DNA of 64,000 bases from Camelus ferus (Eukaryota), in NCBI RefSeq assembly GCF_009834535.1, contig NC_045696.1:94552001-94616000 (forward strand). The letters run 5' to 3'. Position numbers and translations under genes: made by a program. The notes below the pieces were generated by a model. That model did no database searches. It saw only the letters and a program-made list of their open reading frames with translations, and was not told where the DNA came from. Of this stretch, positions 38,412-51,400 are shown piece after piece (within the stretch, counting starts at the first letter, position 1; the number at the start of each line of letters is the position of its first letter).

Positions 38412-40789
38412 ATGCAGAGTTAGATTACAAGAGAAGCAATCACCATAAAAAATAAAGGCCAGGAATAAGAATTTATTTAAAGAGGGAAAAAAAAGGAGAC
38501 ATTGATTAAGTGATTAAGTGAAATTTCACTGTCTTGATGAATTAATTTCAGTTTCCCCTGTGGTTTTGATATACACAATTTTGTGATACAACATTATCAT
38601 ATGCAGAGCTTTTAACAGACCACAAAGTCAAGCTGGGAAAGGCCGATTAAACTGGTTCTTTTTGGATTGTTAAAAGCAAGATTGAATGTCCAGTGGTGAG
38701 ACTCCTGTTCTGATAAACTCTTCTTTATCTAAATACCTGCCTTTCTCCTAATCTCCTTGCCTCCACCAGCCCTGAAGACAGCAGCTGTGCCATCTGATAG
38801 GCGATAAACCCTTGTGCCTGTTTTTCTACCCTTGTTGAAGAAAACCTTTGAATTTGTAACTTGGACCAAAGATACATATCAAGCAATCTTTGGCTGCCAG
38901 GAATTCAAAAGTGGGCCATGGCAGCCGCTGCTGGAATCTGGTCTCTCTGCTTCTATTTGTTTAAAAGAAAAAAAAAAGTTTCAGCATGGAATACTTCACT
39001 GAAGTTTAGTGCACTTAACCAGAAAGATCCTGAAATACCTTCTGCAGAAATTTATTTAAACTATGTGTCAGGTCTGCTGAAGAAAAGCTATTCAAATGTT
39101 ACCGATGATGCCCAAGATCCCATTACAGTTCTCATGTATGTTAACACAGTTTCTAACCTAACACCGCAAAGTGGATTTTGCTTTTGAGAAGTCAACTCAA
39201 AGGAGCCCCAACACCGAATCTCAAGTTAAAGTGACATTCTAAAGTTAGACTGATCAAAATTTGTTTTAGGACTTTTTTTCCCCTCAAGTTTTAAAAATGC
39301 ACCTCATCTCACAAGAAATGTTAAAACATTTATTAACTTACTAGCATTCATTTCCATTAAAAAGCGATTAAAAAAAAAGTTTTATTTCCACATTCCAAAG
39401 ACCCAAAGATCAAGGAGTTGAGGGTTTTTACCTTCAGTTAGGCAAATTTATCCAGTGGGGAATTGTCTTCAGCAATTTTTCTTCCCCAGATTTGGCTCTT
39501 GCCTGCAATTTTTCTCCTTAGGCTGCTGTCCTGCTCTCCCTTCCTTCATTGTCTCCAAGCTCCCTTGACTTGGGACATCAGACTAACCTGACTGATGAAT
39601 AAACCCATGGTCTCTGAAAAGACCCCAGGAAATACGAATTCAACCGGGCTCTTTCTAAACTTAACTTCTCCCCTGTACTCCTGAATAATTTTGCCCCCAT
39701 AGTGGCAGTCAGTGGGTCACTGATTGTTAATTCACTGGTGACAAGTACATTTAGCATTTTTCTCCCTGGCATTTAAAACCTCTTGTTCTCCTTCCTTTAT
39801 TAATATTCAGCCAAAATTTATTGAGCACCAAACATGATGCAAAGTGTTGAGGGCTGAATACCACAGAAATGATAACCAAAAGGACCATGGTGCAAATAAT
39901 GCAGAAGTAAATGGGAATGTTTCATGAAAGCAAGGACCATGTCTGGTTGTCTTTTTGGCTTCCTCAAGGGGCCAGTTTCCAGGTAACGAACATCTGTTTC
40001 GGACCCATTAAAAATTGGAGTGTAATCCCTGCACTGGAGAGACGAAATGAGTCCACAACGCCCTGTTTAGAAAGTTGAAATAAAACAAGGTTTGGGAAGT
40101 TGCTGTAATCCATAAATAATGAAATCTCTACTGCTAACCTTTGAAGATTTCTATCAAAATCAAAATAGTAATCAAGGTGAAAGTACTTTGCTAACGAGGA
40201 AAACCGCACAAATTAATGAATCATTATTCACAAGTGAGTAACCACTAAAAATATCTAATGAGATCTCTTATTCTTTTCTTTGAAAAATCAGATTGAAAGG
40301 GCCTAAAGGGTAAAGAAATTACCAAGGAGAAATCAGAAGATTGTTTAAATTTATCTTCCCGACAGGACCGCCTTTGAAACACTGGCATTTACTTTAGACT
40401 AAAAGTTGTTCATTTCTCTCTCTCTTTTGCATGTATTGAAATTGTTTAATTCTATGTGGCACATTTCAGAGTCTGTGTTCACTGCCGTTTAAACCCTCCT
40501 CTGCTCCCCAGATGTGGTAGACAAGGGAACATCGCAGGATCAGGCGCTGCCTTGGTCACTAGCTTTCAAACAATTTACAGCTGCCTTATTTTTTCTGTCC
40601 AAATTTGTCTACTTCATTTTACTATAGCCTGAAACTCTGCCAATTGGAAAGTCATTTGAGTTAACAAATAGACACTTCTGAAATTGAAGACCGCTCTGGC
40701 AGGGCTAAATTGAATACCTTTCAAGGGAATACACTATTTGCCAACTCGGGGCTAGGACCTGCAGGTAGATGAGGAAGGTATCTGTGAAG

Positions 40790-41330
40790 ATGAAGAAAAC
40801 ACAGACCCTGCCCACCTGAAACCACCATCTGGTAGGGAGAAGAGGTGTACACACCGATAGTTACACAACAATGTGTTATATGTCATAATAAAAATAGATT
40901 ATTTTTTTTTCAGAGTGATTTCTCAAGGTGTGAGCAAAGGCTTCACTATGAGTGTGACTTCAGAGCCAGACCTCGGAGGGTCGACAGAAGTTCCCACATC
41001 AGAGAGAGGGGTCAAAGCGTTCCACGCAGACGGCCTGGTCTGCACAAGGGCAAAAGGGCAGAAAAGGACCCTGCTTGCTTGGTAATAAGGAAACAAATGT
41101 CCTGGCCAGAGGGTGTGTAGTGCACGTGAGAATCACAGAGCTGATGAGAAGCAAGATCTGATGCGGAGATGACAGCCAGGCGGCCGAGGATTTAACAAGT
41201 CGAGTTTAAGAGATTAAATGATTTCTCTTCATCAAAGGTAAGACAGGGAAATGTTGGAACTGAGGTGACAGGCCCAGATCTGTATTTGCTAAAGAATATT
41301 CTGCCAACAGCACTTCTTAGTGAATCACAT
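40790..41330 (-). mobile_element. L2 remnant
   Basis: CAGACCCTGCCCACCTGAA...CATCTGGTAGGGAGA...CTGCACAAGGGCAAAAGGGCAGAAA antisense L2 pattern; boundaries approximate. Confidence 0.6.
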
Positions 41331-41539
41331 TTAATTTTTCTTAAGAACTAGCTAGAAAGCTATGCCCTGGAAATGGGAAGGCAGGAAGGAAACGTTAGAC
41401 ACAGCAGAATGTGCGATGCTTTGGCCTAAGGTTGTTCTGCAGATTTTGAACAAAACAGGGATTCAGCGTACTTGAGAGGGACAGAGTGGGAGGCAAAAAG
41501 AGATTTTAGCAAGTGTGAAGTTAGACATAGGTTGTTTTA

Positions 41540-41676
41540 GGGGGAGGGTAGAGCTCAGTGGTAGAGTGCATCCTTAGCATACACAAGGTCCTGAGTTCAA
41601 TCCCCAGCACTTCCATTAAAAAATAATAATAATAATAAATAAACTCAATTACCTCCCCTCCACTCCCCCAAAAAAC
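41540..41676 (+). mobile_element. Vic-1-like SINE
   Basis: GGGGGAGGGTAGAGCTCAGTGGTAGAG...; 15-bp TSD ACAT(A/G)GGTTGTTT(T/C)A at 41525-41539 and 41677-41691. Confidence 0.92.
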
Positions 41677-41694
41677 ACATGGGTTGTTTCAAAG

Positions 41695-42025
41695 CAGGGT
41701 TGGCAAAGTGTGGCCTGTGGGCCAAATCCAGCCTTCTGTCTGCTTTGCCCAGTACAGCTAAGAGTGTTTCAACATTTTAAAATGGGTGAGAAAAAAAATC
41801 AAAAGACGTACAATATTTGTGACGCATGAACATTATACAGAATTCAAATCTCAGTATCTGTTAGTGAGGTTTTACTCTGACACAGCTGGGCTCATGTTTA
41901 CACGTCGTCTCTGGCTGTTTTCACACCACAGCAGCAGAGCTGAATGCTTGTGACAGGGACGGTGTAGCCTGAAAAGCCCAAAATATTTACTACCTGGCCC
42001 TTTACAGGAAAAGTTGACAGAGATG
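41695..42025 (+). mobile_element. MER58B-like hAT-Charlie element
   Basis: CAGGGTTGGCAAAGTGTGGCCTGTGGGCCAAATCCAGCC...AAAATATTTACTACCTGGCCCTTTACAGGAAAAGTTG. Confidence 0.88.
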
Positions 42026-43095
42026 TCCAAAGAAAGCTGTAAAATGTAGAACCTGGGAAGCCAGCCCTCTGCCTTCGTCCCATCACTGGGTCCCGGAAGG
42101 TATGTGTGACCTGCAAGTAATGGACATGTGTGTGCCCCCTGGGGTGCTGTAGAAGCTTTGCAAAGACTAGGGGGTTTGTTCCTCTGGTCTATTCAGGCTC
42201 AGGGATATAGTCCCTCTCTGACAAACCCCGTCCCTATGCCCCACTTTCCTGCACCAGAGATCCACCACCACCCAGAATCCATAACTTTGAATCTATCTAT
42301 GAGCATTATGATTCAGCTGTCTTTAAACAGTTTACAAAAGGATTTGATGGGCTAGTTTGGGAATTTATGAAAATGCACTCCAAATTGCAGGCACTGATGT
42401 GCAAAAGGACTTCTAAATACAGCCTCTTGGTAAATTGTGGACCCGTATGTAGTGGCTTAGAGGATCGTGGAATTTTCATTCATGTGGTTGAGCCTAAGTC
42501 AATGTGACTTAACAGTGTTAAGACTCATAAAAGATGACTAGGGCTTGGAAGCACGCCAGTAAAGATTTCCTGATGACTACGTGCTGGCTAGTTCAGATTA
42601 TTGTTGGAAAGCTAGTGAATGAAGCAGACAGGATGTAACACTAGAGATTAGTTTTATGAATTGGAATGTATCACTGATTTCAAGTTACATCTGGAAGAAA
42701 AGATATTGGGGTGGAGACTGCAGAAGGTGCAGATTAGTTCACAGGACTTAAATTAAAATGCCTTGCTTGATAAAATTCATATGGAGCCACTCTGTAGAAA
42801 CATTTCTAGTTTTTCACACTTAAAAGCACTAAATTAAATGTTTTAGAATTTCTTTTAGTGCATTGCAGAAACACTTATATAGTGCTTATGAGGTGCCTAA
42901 AGCCAAGACTGGTCCTGGTGATACAAAAATAGATGAAATATGGTCTCTTTCCTCAAAAAAAAGTACTGTTACAGAGAGAAAACCAGAAGAGAAAAACTAA
43001 CTAACTAAATAAATAAGGCAAAAAATTTCATGGAGAAAATCAAAGAATTGTCTTGTTCAGTTTTGAAATAAAGGGAGTAGTCATTTCAAGATAAA

Positions 43096-43601
43096 TAGAT
43101 GACTGGTATACAATGAAACACTACTCAACAATAAAAAAAAGAACAAAATAATGCCATTTGCAGCAACATGGATGGACCTAGAGATCATCTTTATAAGTGA
43201 AGCAAGCCAGAAAGAAAAATACTGTATATCATTCATATGTGGAATCTAAAAAAAAGGAAAAAGAAAAGAAAAGAGGATGCTAATGAACTCATCTACAAAA
43301 CAGAAACAGACTCATATAGTAAAGAATCTTATGGTTACCAGGGGAAAGGGAGTGAGAAGGGATAAATTTGGGAATCTGAGATTTGCAAATGTTAACCACC
43401 ATATATAAAAATAGACAAAAAAGCAAATTTCTTCTGTATAGTACAGGAAACTATATTCAATATCTTGTAATAGCCTTTAATGAAAATGAATATATGTATA
43501 TATATGCTTGACTGGGACATTATGCTGTACATCAGAAATTGACACATTGTAACTGACTATACTGCAATAAAAAATAAATAAATAAAATTGATGGATAAAA
43601 A
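43096..43601 (+). mobile_element. 5'-truncated L1
   Basis: ATGCCATTTGCAGCAACATGGATGGACCTAGAG, 3' UTR and A-rich tail; TSD AAGATAAA at 43088-43095 and 43602-43609. Confidence 0.92.
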
Positions 43602-43786
43602 AAGATAAACATGCTAACATCTATAAAGCATCTGGGGTTTCTTAGCAGAAGGATGCTAAGCCAATACAAAAATTATCAAAGACCAAGTCAATCTCTATCT
43701 TTAATTCCAGACACAGTAGAGGTGAAAAGACTTAGTACCTTTTGGTCATTGATCCTAAAGTTGGAGAGGGCAATCAGAGTCAAACC

Positions 43787-44050
43787 TCAGATTCGAGGGC
43801 AACTGGACCCACTGCAGATACCAAAATCCACGCATGCTCAAGTCTCTTATTCGCCCCCAGTGTCAGCAGACTCCGCAACTGTGGATTCATTCAATGACAG
43901 ATCCAGGTTGTAACTATTACACGATCTGTGGCTGATTGAATCTTTGGATGCAGAACCCCGTGGATACCGAGGGCCTGTATACTTACTGAAAAATATCCGT
44001 GTACAAGTGGACTCGCCCAGTTCAGACCCACATAGTTCAAGGTAAGCTAC
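43787..44050. mobile_element. TcMar-Tigger MITE (MER2/MER8-like)
   Basis: GATACCAAAATCCACGCATGCTCAAGTC...GGATGCAGAACCCCGTGGATACCGAGGGC...AAGTGGACTCGCCCAGTTCA. Confidence 0.8.
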
Positions 44051-45039
44051 CACCTGACAGTCATCAGAATCCTGACTTAGTTAATTCTGTATCCCCAGAA
44101 GTTAATACCATGCAATAGATGCAAAAAGGGCTTAATACATCTGTTGAAAAAATGATTTTCACTACTTTATTGTGAACCCAAATTTTGAATGTGTTTGGAA
44201 AATAAAATTCTGAAACTGGTTTTAGTCCATTCTAGCCTATGGTCAAAACAGTACTATTTTGGCTACATTAAGTTACAAAACAGTGTGAGGCCAGAAGCTT
44301 GCCACTGGCAAGTATTAACCCTCCGTATTGAGCAAAGGAAGAAAGTTCCAAAAACTCAACACATCATTTGAATTTATTATTCTGCCCCACCTTGATAAGT
44401 ATGATGGGAACTTCCGAGACTCTTGTGAAAAGAAACTGCTTTAAAATATCCAGCATGAGCATGATTAACTCTGTTAAATCGAACAATCATAATAATAATA
44501 AACTCTAACATAATAGGTGTAATATAATACAATGTGTTAGCATAATGATATATACAATGTGAAGAACAGGTATGTCCCAGACACTGTGTGATCACATTAA
44601 AAATATTACTTAACAATTGCTCACGATGTTTTAGTTTTATTGTTGTGGTTATCCACATTTACTGGGAAGAACAATGGTGCAAATAAACCAAAACTATTTC
44701 TTCTGAAACTTGGAATTAATTGCACAAATCTTCATTCAGCAACAGATTTTCTTTCCTTGAATTAAATCTGCCCTTGTTGGTTTTGTTTTTTAACTACTCA
44801 TTCATTCATAAATGTATTCATTAGAAACATTCATTCAACCAAACATGTAGTGAGCTTAATCAATGAGGTCTTCCCTTGTATTTTTAGGACTGGACTAAAC
44901 ATTTAAATATATCTTGATCCCTGTCCTCAAGGAGATCACAGTCTACAAGGCAAGGCAGAAAGACAAATCAGATTAAGGTGACTGCCACAGCACAGGTATG
45001 CTTGGGTCCAGTGAGGTAGAGTTTCCAGTCCACAATTCA

Positions 45040-45266
45040 TTATCTGACATACATCTCAAAAATGTTCTCCTAGAACAGTCTACTCAAGCAATAAAAATAA
45101 AAGCAAGAATAAACAAATGGGACCTAATGAAACTTACAAGCTTCTGCACAGCAAAGGAGACCATAAATAAAACAAAAAGACAACCTATGGAATGGGAGAA
45201 AATTTTTGCAAATGAAACCGACAAAGGCTTGATCTCCAGAATATATAAGCAGCTCATACGACTTAA
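45040..45266 (+). mobile_element. Internal L1 ORF2 fragment with a 16-bp TSD
   Basis: Open frame ...KARINKWDLMKLTSFCTAKETINKTKRQPMEWEKIFANETDKGLISRIYKQL; TCCAGTCCACAATTCA at 45024-45039 and 45267-45282. Confidence 0.93.
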
Positions 45267-45467
45267 TCCAGTCCACAATTCAGTGTTAAGAAAAGCTTCC
45301 CTTAAAAGAGGCGGTGCTTAGGCAAAAATTTTAAGAAATTAGAAAAGTTTAGCTAGGTAAGGGAGGTGGGAGCCAGAACCATTCCAAGCAGAGGAAACAT
45401 GAGAAAACATAACATTTTTCATGTCAAAAAAAAATGAAAAAACATTTTTGGCTGAAACAAAGGATAC

Positions 45468-45860
45468 ATGTTGGGTGTCTTATTTGGCTGCTTCAAAATA
45501 TGATGCAGAGATAAGGATTCAGTCTATCAGTGAGGGGATCTGGAAACACTGGGAGGTCGCTGGGAAAGGAAAAGCATCCACATAGGTTACTTTATCAAGT
45601 CTGTTACCACTGTGGTAAATGTGGATAAATGGAGAATTCTGGGAGTTGACATAGGACATAGGCCTCAGAGTTATCTGAACAGAGGACAGGGAAGTTGGAA
45701 TACTTATTTACGCGTCCATATTTGGTACCTGTTGGTTGAAGACAGCTAGAGAAGACCGACCTCAGGCAGCTGGAAGTCAGTCTCATTAAAATGGTAAGAC
45801 CTTGGGATGTGGGGGAGAGGGGCAGAGAGGGAGCTGGGAACACCAACGCCACTTGCTGCG
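45468..45860 (-). mobile_element. LTR33-like (ERVL) LTR
   Basis: GAGATAAGGATTCA...TTATCAAGTCTGTTACCACTGTGG...CCTCAGAGTTATC...GGAAGTTGGAATACTTAT, antisense LTR33 pattern. Confidence 0.65.
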
Positions 45861-47399
45861 ATTGGCAGGCCTAGAAACTAGATAGGCAGGGGTGGACAGA
45901 GAAGCGGTTTTCATATTATGCAAATGAGCTCTGCCCTTAATATCACAGCTTTTGAAATGTTTTAAAAAAGAGGTATGGGAAGTCAGGTAAGGGAAATAGG
46001 CTTTGTTTCATAAGGTTGGTTTCTGCTAGCTCTTTGCAGGCTGGGACAGAAGGCGCTACGCTAATTTAGAAGTTACTGCAGTTCTCACAAAAAGCATGCT
46101 GGCCTGAGCTAAGGTAGTGGCAGGGGGGATGTGGAAGAGTGGGAGGAGTAGGGAGAAATCAAGGTGAAGGAATTCTGAATTCCTGTGGGAGGAGGAGATG
46201 GAGGACTCAGAGATTCCAGGTTTTTGTCTCAGAAAACTAAGAAGGCAGTACCTTTCACCCAGATTGAGAATTCCAAGAGAAGGAGAAAAGTGAAGGAATG
46301 ATCAATGAGATCAGATTTGGAAATTCTGTGTGTGCATCAGGCTGGATAAATCCAGAAGTCAGCACACATGTCTGAGCTGGAAACAAAGCTCTGAGCATTC
46401 TCAGACTATAAATGGTGGTTGAGCCCATGCAGCAGACACTATCTAAGGAGGCTCCAGGCTTCTCGAAGACGAAGAAGTAAAGGTCTAATGGGGAGCAAGG
46501 CAGGAAAGCAATGATGGGACGGAAGCATTGACATAAAATGCTGCAGCAGATTTAAACTTTAGGGGAAATGAGAAAATTCTACCCAGAGAGTCTTTTGATC
46601 TCAAACATAAAGGAAGATTAAGTACTTATTAGTGGATGACTAGGGACTGGAGCATTCCTGGTAGGATGACCTGTTGCAAAGACAAGTTTAAGAGGGCAAA
46701 TCGTGGAACTTGAGATAAGCTAAAGCAGGCTAAAGTTTGCTTTTCCTTTATCCCTGAAGAAGGCACTCCCTGAAAATGAATACGAACTCTCTGAGTGCAG
46801 GAACAATCTTCTAATCCCCAGTAACCAGCACATATTAGGTGCTCAATAAAAGTTGGTCAGAATGATGGGGTCTGTTCAGATCAACTTGATCAACAAGAAA
46901 CACTTGCCATTAGGTCATTTTATTCACTCAATAATTATTTAATTCAACTACTATACAAATTGCAAGTCCCCATAGCTATTCCTTAAGGCCAGGGGCCCCA
47001 TCAGAACACCCAGCAGGCAAACAATGTTTACCATGGTGTCCTTAGTTAAGGGAAACAATAGTCTATTTAAATAAAAAGACATCTGATTCAGACTTTTATT
47101 TACATAAACAGGCTCTTCCCTTAGTCCTGATTAGACAAGTCCTATTATAAACATATTCTGTCTAAACTAGCCCACCTACTGTTTGCCTTAATTTGTTGCC
47201 CCTGACCTCTAGTAGCTTCTTATTTCCCTAACACCTGCCATAGCACCCGATTCAGAGCACTAGTTGTGTAGTATTTGTTGACTAACTCTCAGGAATTTGT
47301 TGACTTACGAATAAAATAAGGACTTCAGTATTCTAAAGTTTTCTGCATCATGGTGGTGAATCTATTTTTCTTTCTATTTTTTTTTTTTTTTTTTTGGAC

Positions 47400-47780
47400 T
47401 ACACAGAAATCCTCCACTCTTCTTGTAAAAGTACTACTATTTTGCTTTAGAAATCTACCCCACAGCCAAGTCACTGGATACAGTCCTAGAAGGTGTCCCT
47501 ATGTTACTCTCTTTCCCCCCTGGCCAGGATACGGAAACATGACCATGGCAGGCAAAGCCTATACATTTTAAATGTAATTTGAAATTTGAATAAAGTAACA
47601 CAGGAGCTGAAGATGGTAGGTCCTTCCTATTCTGCAACATATCTGGAAGTACTTATCTTTTCTTAACACTGGGTCTTCAGATTTATTTTTGACTTTATTT
47701 TATAAATTGCAATAAATTTTGTTTTAGCTTAACTCTGAATTAGATTGTGTTACTTGTAACCAAAGAATTCTAATCACACA
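47400..47780 (+). mobile_element. Old MLT1 LTR fragment
   Basis: 3' end AATAAATTTTGTTTTAGCTTAA...GTTACTTGTAACCAAAGAATTCTAATCACACA. Confidence 0.55.
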
Positions 47781-47794
47781 TAGTTCTAAAATTT

Positions 47795-47945
47795 GGGGGG
47801 GAGGGTATAGCTCAGGGGTAGAGCGTGTGCCCAGCCTACAGGAGGTCCTGGGTTCAATCCCCAGCACCCCTATTAAAGATAAAAAATAAAAAAACTTATT
47901 ACCCCCTCCCCTCCCCACCCCCCCAAAAAAAAGAAAAAGAAAAAA
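47795..47945 (+). mobile_element. Vic-1-like SINE
   Basis: GGGGAGGGTATAGCTCAGGGGTAGAGCGTGTGCCCAGC...GGTCCTGGGTTCAATCCCCAGCACC plus A-tail. Confidence 0.9.
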
Positions 47946-48084
47946 TTCTATGAGATCTAGTAAGAGAGAGGAGATAAGTAGGAAATACCAAAAGCACACC
48001 GCGTGGAGAGGCAGATTAAAATATAAAACCAAAAGATAAGTGTTACCAAATTAATTTTTTTTAACCAAAAGATGAGTTTTGTAG

Positions 48085-48207
48085 GGTTTTTTTGTGTTTT
48101 TGTTTTTGTAATTGAAGTACCATCAGTTACAACGTGTCCATGTCTGGTGTACAGCACAGTGCCCTCGTCTCTGTCATGCATATGTATACATACATTTGTT
48201 TTCATAT
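48085..48207 (-). mobile_element. Short L1 3' tail
   Basis: AATTGAAGTAC..TCAGTTACAA...TCTGGTGTACAGCACA...GTCATGCATAT; TSD TGAGTT(T/G)TGTAG at 48073-48084 and 48208-48219. Confidence 0.85.
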
Positions 48208-48247
48208 TGAGTTGTGTAGTTTTTGATCATTAAGTGTGAGCCTTCAG

Positions 48248-48420
48248 TTAGTGGCTTTCAAGTTTGGAGGGCATAATGATCACCTGGGACACTTGTTTTC
48301 CCTTGGGTCTCCAGGTCCTGCACCCAGAGGTCCTGATTCTGTTGGTCCACGTGGGGCCTGGGAATATGCATAACCACAAGCTTCTCAGATGCCTCACAGA
48401 CCATGCTTTGGAAACCACTG
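48248..48420. mobile_element. MER5-type hAT-Charlie MITE
   Basis: AGTGGCTTTCAAG...ATCACCTGGG...CTGATTCTGTTGGTC...GGGGCCTGGGAAT...TTTGGAAACCACTG (terminal inverted repeats). Confidence 0.75.
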
Positions 48421-51400
48421 CTTCAGGTTCTGCTGTACATGAAAAATGGCAGCTGGTCAGATCTGTGAGCACAGCAAAACAGGCCTTAACCCGCGCAGTT
48501 TTGCTCAACAACCCCAAACTTCTTGTCACAGCAACAGTCTCACGAAATGTTCTAGCTTTGCCCGTGACAACGGCGTCAAGTGGATTGTCAGATCTATTAA
48601 TATAATAAAACAAAGACTAATTTCAATTTTCATTTTGTTGAACAAGGGCCAATGAAATTATAAGAGGGAGAACTTAGAAAACTAAAACCATCACCTTTAT
48701 TTTATAATCCAGTTTTTGTGATTTAGAGAAAAGCACTTATCATATGGGTATAATCGTATTTCCTGTTGATCTTTCACACACCTGTGTTTATTCAAAATAC
48801 CAATATTTCCATGGGAAAAAAAACTCTCTAATAAAGGATGAAAATGCATTATTACAGAGAATCCCACAAAGTCGAGGTGAGGTGGTGCCAAGACATTAGT
48901 AGGTTACTAGACCAATTCTACAGGTAAAGTTATCTGTGGGGCCAAAATATGCGTAAAACGTGTAATTTCATTACACTTATTTGAAAAATGGAGGTTACTT
49001 TTTCAAAAGCCAAAGTAACAGAAAAAATGGATCCCACGTGTTTCTACCTTAGCATTCTTACATAGCAAAAAAAATGACAAATGCTTTTCAAAAAACGTGG
49101 TTAATGCTTTCACAGATAAATCTTTATATAAAAAAAATAATAAAATAAAATAAAAGCTATAAGACAGATATGTTACAGGAAATAGCCAAGGCCTGTCTGT
49201 GTTCATATGCAATGCCTAGTTTTGGTTAAACTGCTGTTTTAAGTATTTTTGTAATATTTTATACTATTTAATTTGTAATCATTATGCAAATATAGTATTC
49301 CATAGATAACATGTACAACTTTTAAACTGGAAACAAAGAACAGTATTTTGTTTAAATTTTAAATTCAATTCAATATGATTCAAAAATTGCTTCTTGAAAA
49401 CCCACAAGATGCTCCTTACTCCACTAGACTTGGGGAGGGGGGGAAGTATAAAGTGAAAGATTTTATCATACAACTCTGAAAAACGAGAGATTCAAAAGTA
49501 GATTTTAAAAACCAAGGCATGGTAAAGAGAAATATGAGGCCATGGTTGTAGACTTTGGAGCCCAGCACACAGTCCTCAGGGAAGCCCATGTGACAGCACT
49601 AAAGTTAACAGAATACCTCTGTTCTGCCTCCTGCACATCGCACTCACAGGGCTTAAACAGGAGAGAAAATCTGCAGTAAAAACTAGTGTCTGAGCCCTGA
49701 ACTGATATTTAGGAATTAGCCATGGACTTGGAGAAGCACTTTTCATTATTTATATATGAGCTTACTAATCAAAAAACTCCAAGAAACAATAAACACAGAT
49801 TTTTTTTTATTAGAACCTCAGGCTTAAAAACAAAAAAGTTGTTTTGGTCTGTGCTGCTGGTTCATGTGACAATCACAATTGACCACATGGGCTGTAACTT
49901 TTACCAAACATTTACCAAACATCTCCTTTCTGCAGACAGGACTAGACGAGATTGAAGGGGAATTGTCTTTCCTGTAACCCTTCTTTGCACTATTTTGCAT
50001 TGGTCTTTGGCTTTTCCTTCCCAGTAATCTTCATATATCTGATAATCCTTACTTTTGACAATAGTTCTCAAACTGACCATGGAGAACAAGGGTAGGTTCA
50101 ACTGCTTCCTTGATTAGCACCAGGAATATGGGAAATTTTACTTCGATTCCACGTGACTCAGCAATCATTTATTGGATAGCCATGTGATGCTCAGTACTCC
50201 GTTAGATACTAGGAAGGGTGCAAAAGATGAATAACAGGATTCCTGCCCGCTAGGAGCTGGAAATCCTGTTGGAAGGTAGATAAGAACTAGATGGAGTCTG
50301 GGAGATGACAGGCGAAGCTGTGGGGATGGAGGGTGTTAATGGTGGTGTGTCCCTTAGCAAGGAGCTGTTTCTTGTCATTAGACTCGCTTTTGTTTTTACT
50401 AATATATGCATCGTATGTCTCTTGGCTTACACTTGTTTTTAATACTCAAGAGAATAGCAGTAGGAATATTCTTATGAAAACCAGGCAAGACAGTCTTCAG
50501 CAGAGTAGAAATGAGCACATTATGAGGAGATGGTTGTCTTGGTGCTGGAAGGAGGCTGGATTACGTAAAGCAGGTGTGGATAATAAAGGAAAGGAATTCC
50601 CTATCTGTTGGAATGTACATCTGGATGGTTCTCCTGTCCAAAAAAAAAAAATGGTGATCTTCAGACTCCTTTAACCCTGCGGCAAATTTTAATGAAAATA
50701 ATACATGGTTGGCCATTTCAAAATCTTGCCCAACCAGGGTCAAACATAGAATTATCAGTAATGAGTAATCAACTGAGAAATGAAGTTTGAAGGAGAAGTA
50801 CAAAACAGAATTGAGCTCCAGGGAAACGAATTTTTTCCCAGTTTGGAGCTAGGGCAACCTCACGTAACCTCTGGCCTCGTCTGTTTTTTTGCGAGGACTG
50901 ATCACAACATTGTCATCTGCTTTCTCTCTGCTAAAGGTGACTTCCTACTGACTGAAGATATAAATCAGTTTGGTACTACCATCAAAATGATAGGGTTTTA
51001 ATGTATTAATTTTATTCATGGCTGTGTGAGCCATTTGGCTCCAACAGAAAATGCTACAGAGCTTTGGCATCGTTTTTCTTGGTGAAGGAGGCAATTGGAG
51101 ATGGAAAACAGCTCACTCAGAGCTCATGGGTCAGATTAAACGATTTCGTAAGCAATCAATTAGACAACGCTTTAGCAAGCAGAAAGGCTGTGGGAATTTA
51201 CTGTGTAAAAGGAGGATGACAAACATAGAAGACTAATTAGTAATCAAGAGAACAGAATATTGTTTTTCTAAAAACAGTCAGGAATTAGACCTCCTAGAAG
51301 ACAAGTTGTAACAAGTCAATGAGGCAGGAGAACTGGTTAGAATAATGTTGGCTCAAGTTTGTAGAGTAAAATGCTTCATTTTGTTTCATACCATTTCCTT

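Larger units (their letters stand above)
44800..46560 (-). mobile_element. L2 remnant interrupted by an L1 fragment and LTR33
   Basis: CATTCATTCAACCAAACAT...CCCTGTCCTCAAGGAGATCACAGTCTA; L2-like text resumes after both insertions; boundaries approximate. Confidence 0.6.

Noticed and set aside
39586..39765. Possible minus-strand coding exon (open frame ending CAG|GTTAGT)
   Set aside because: Weak polypyrimidine tract, unrecognised peptide and no partner exons
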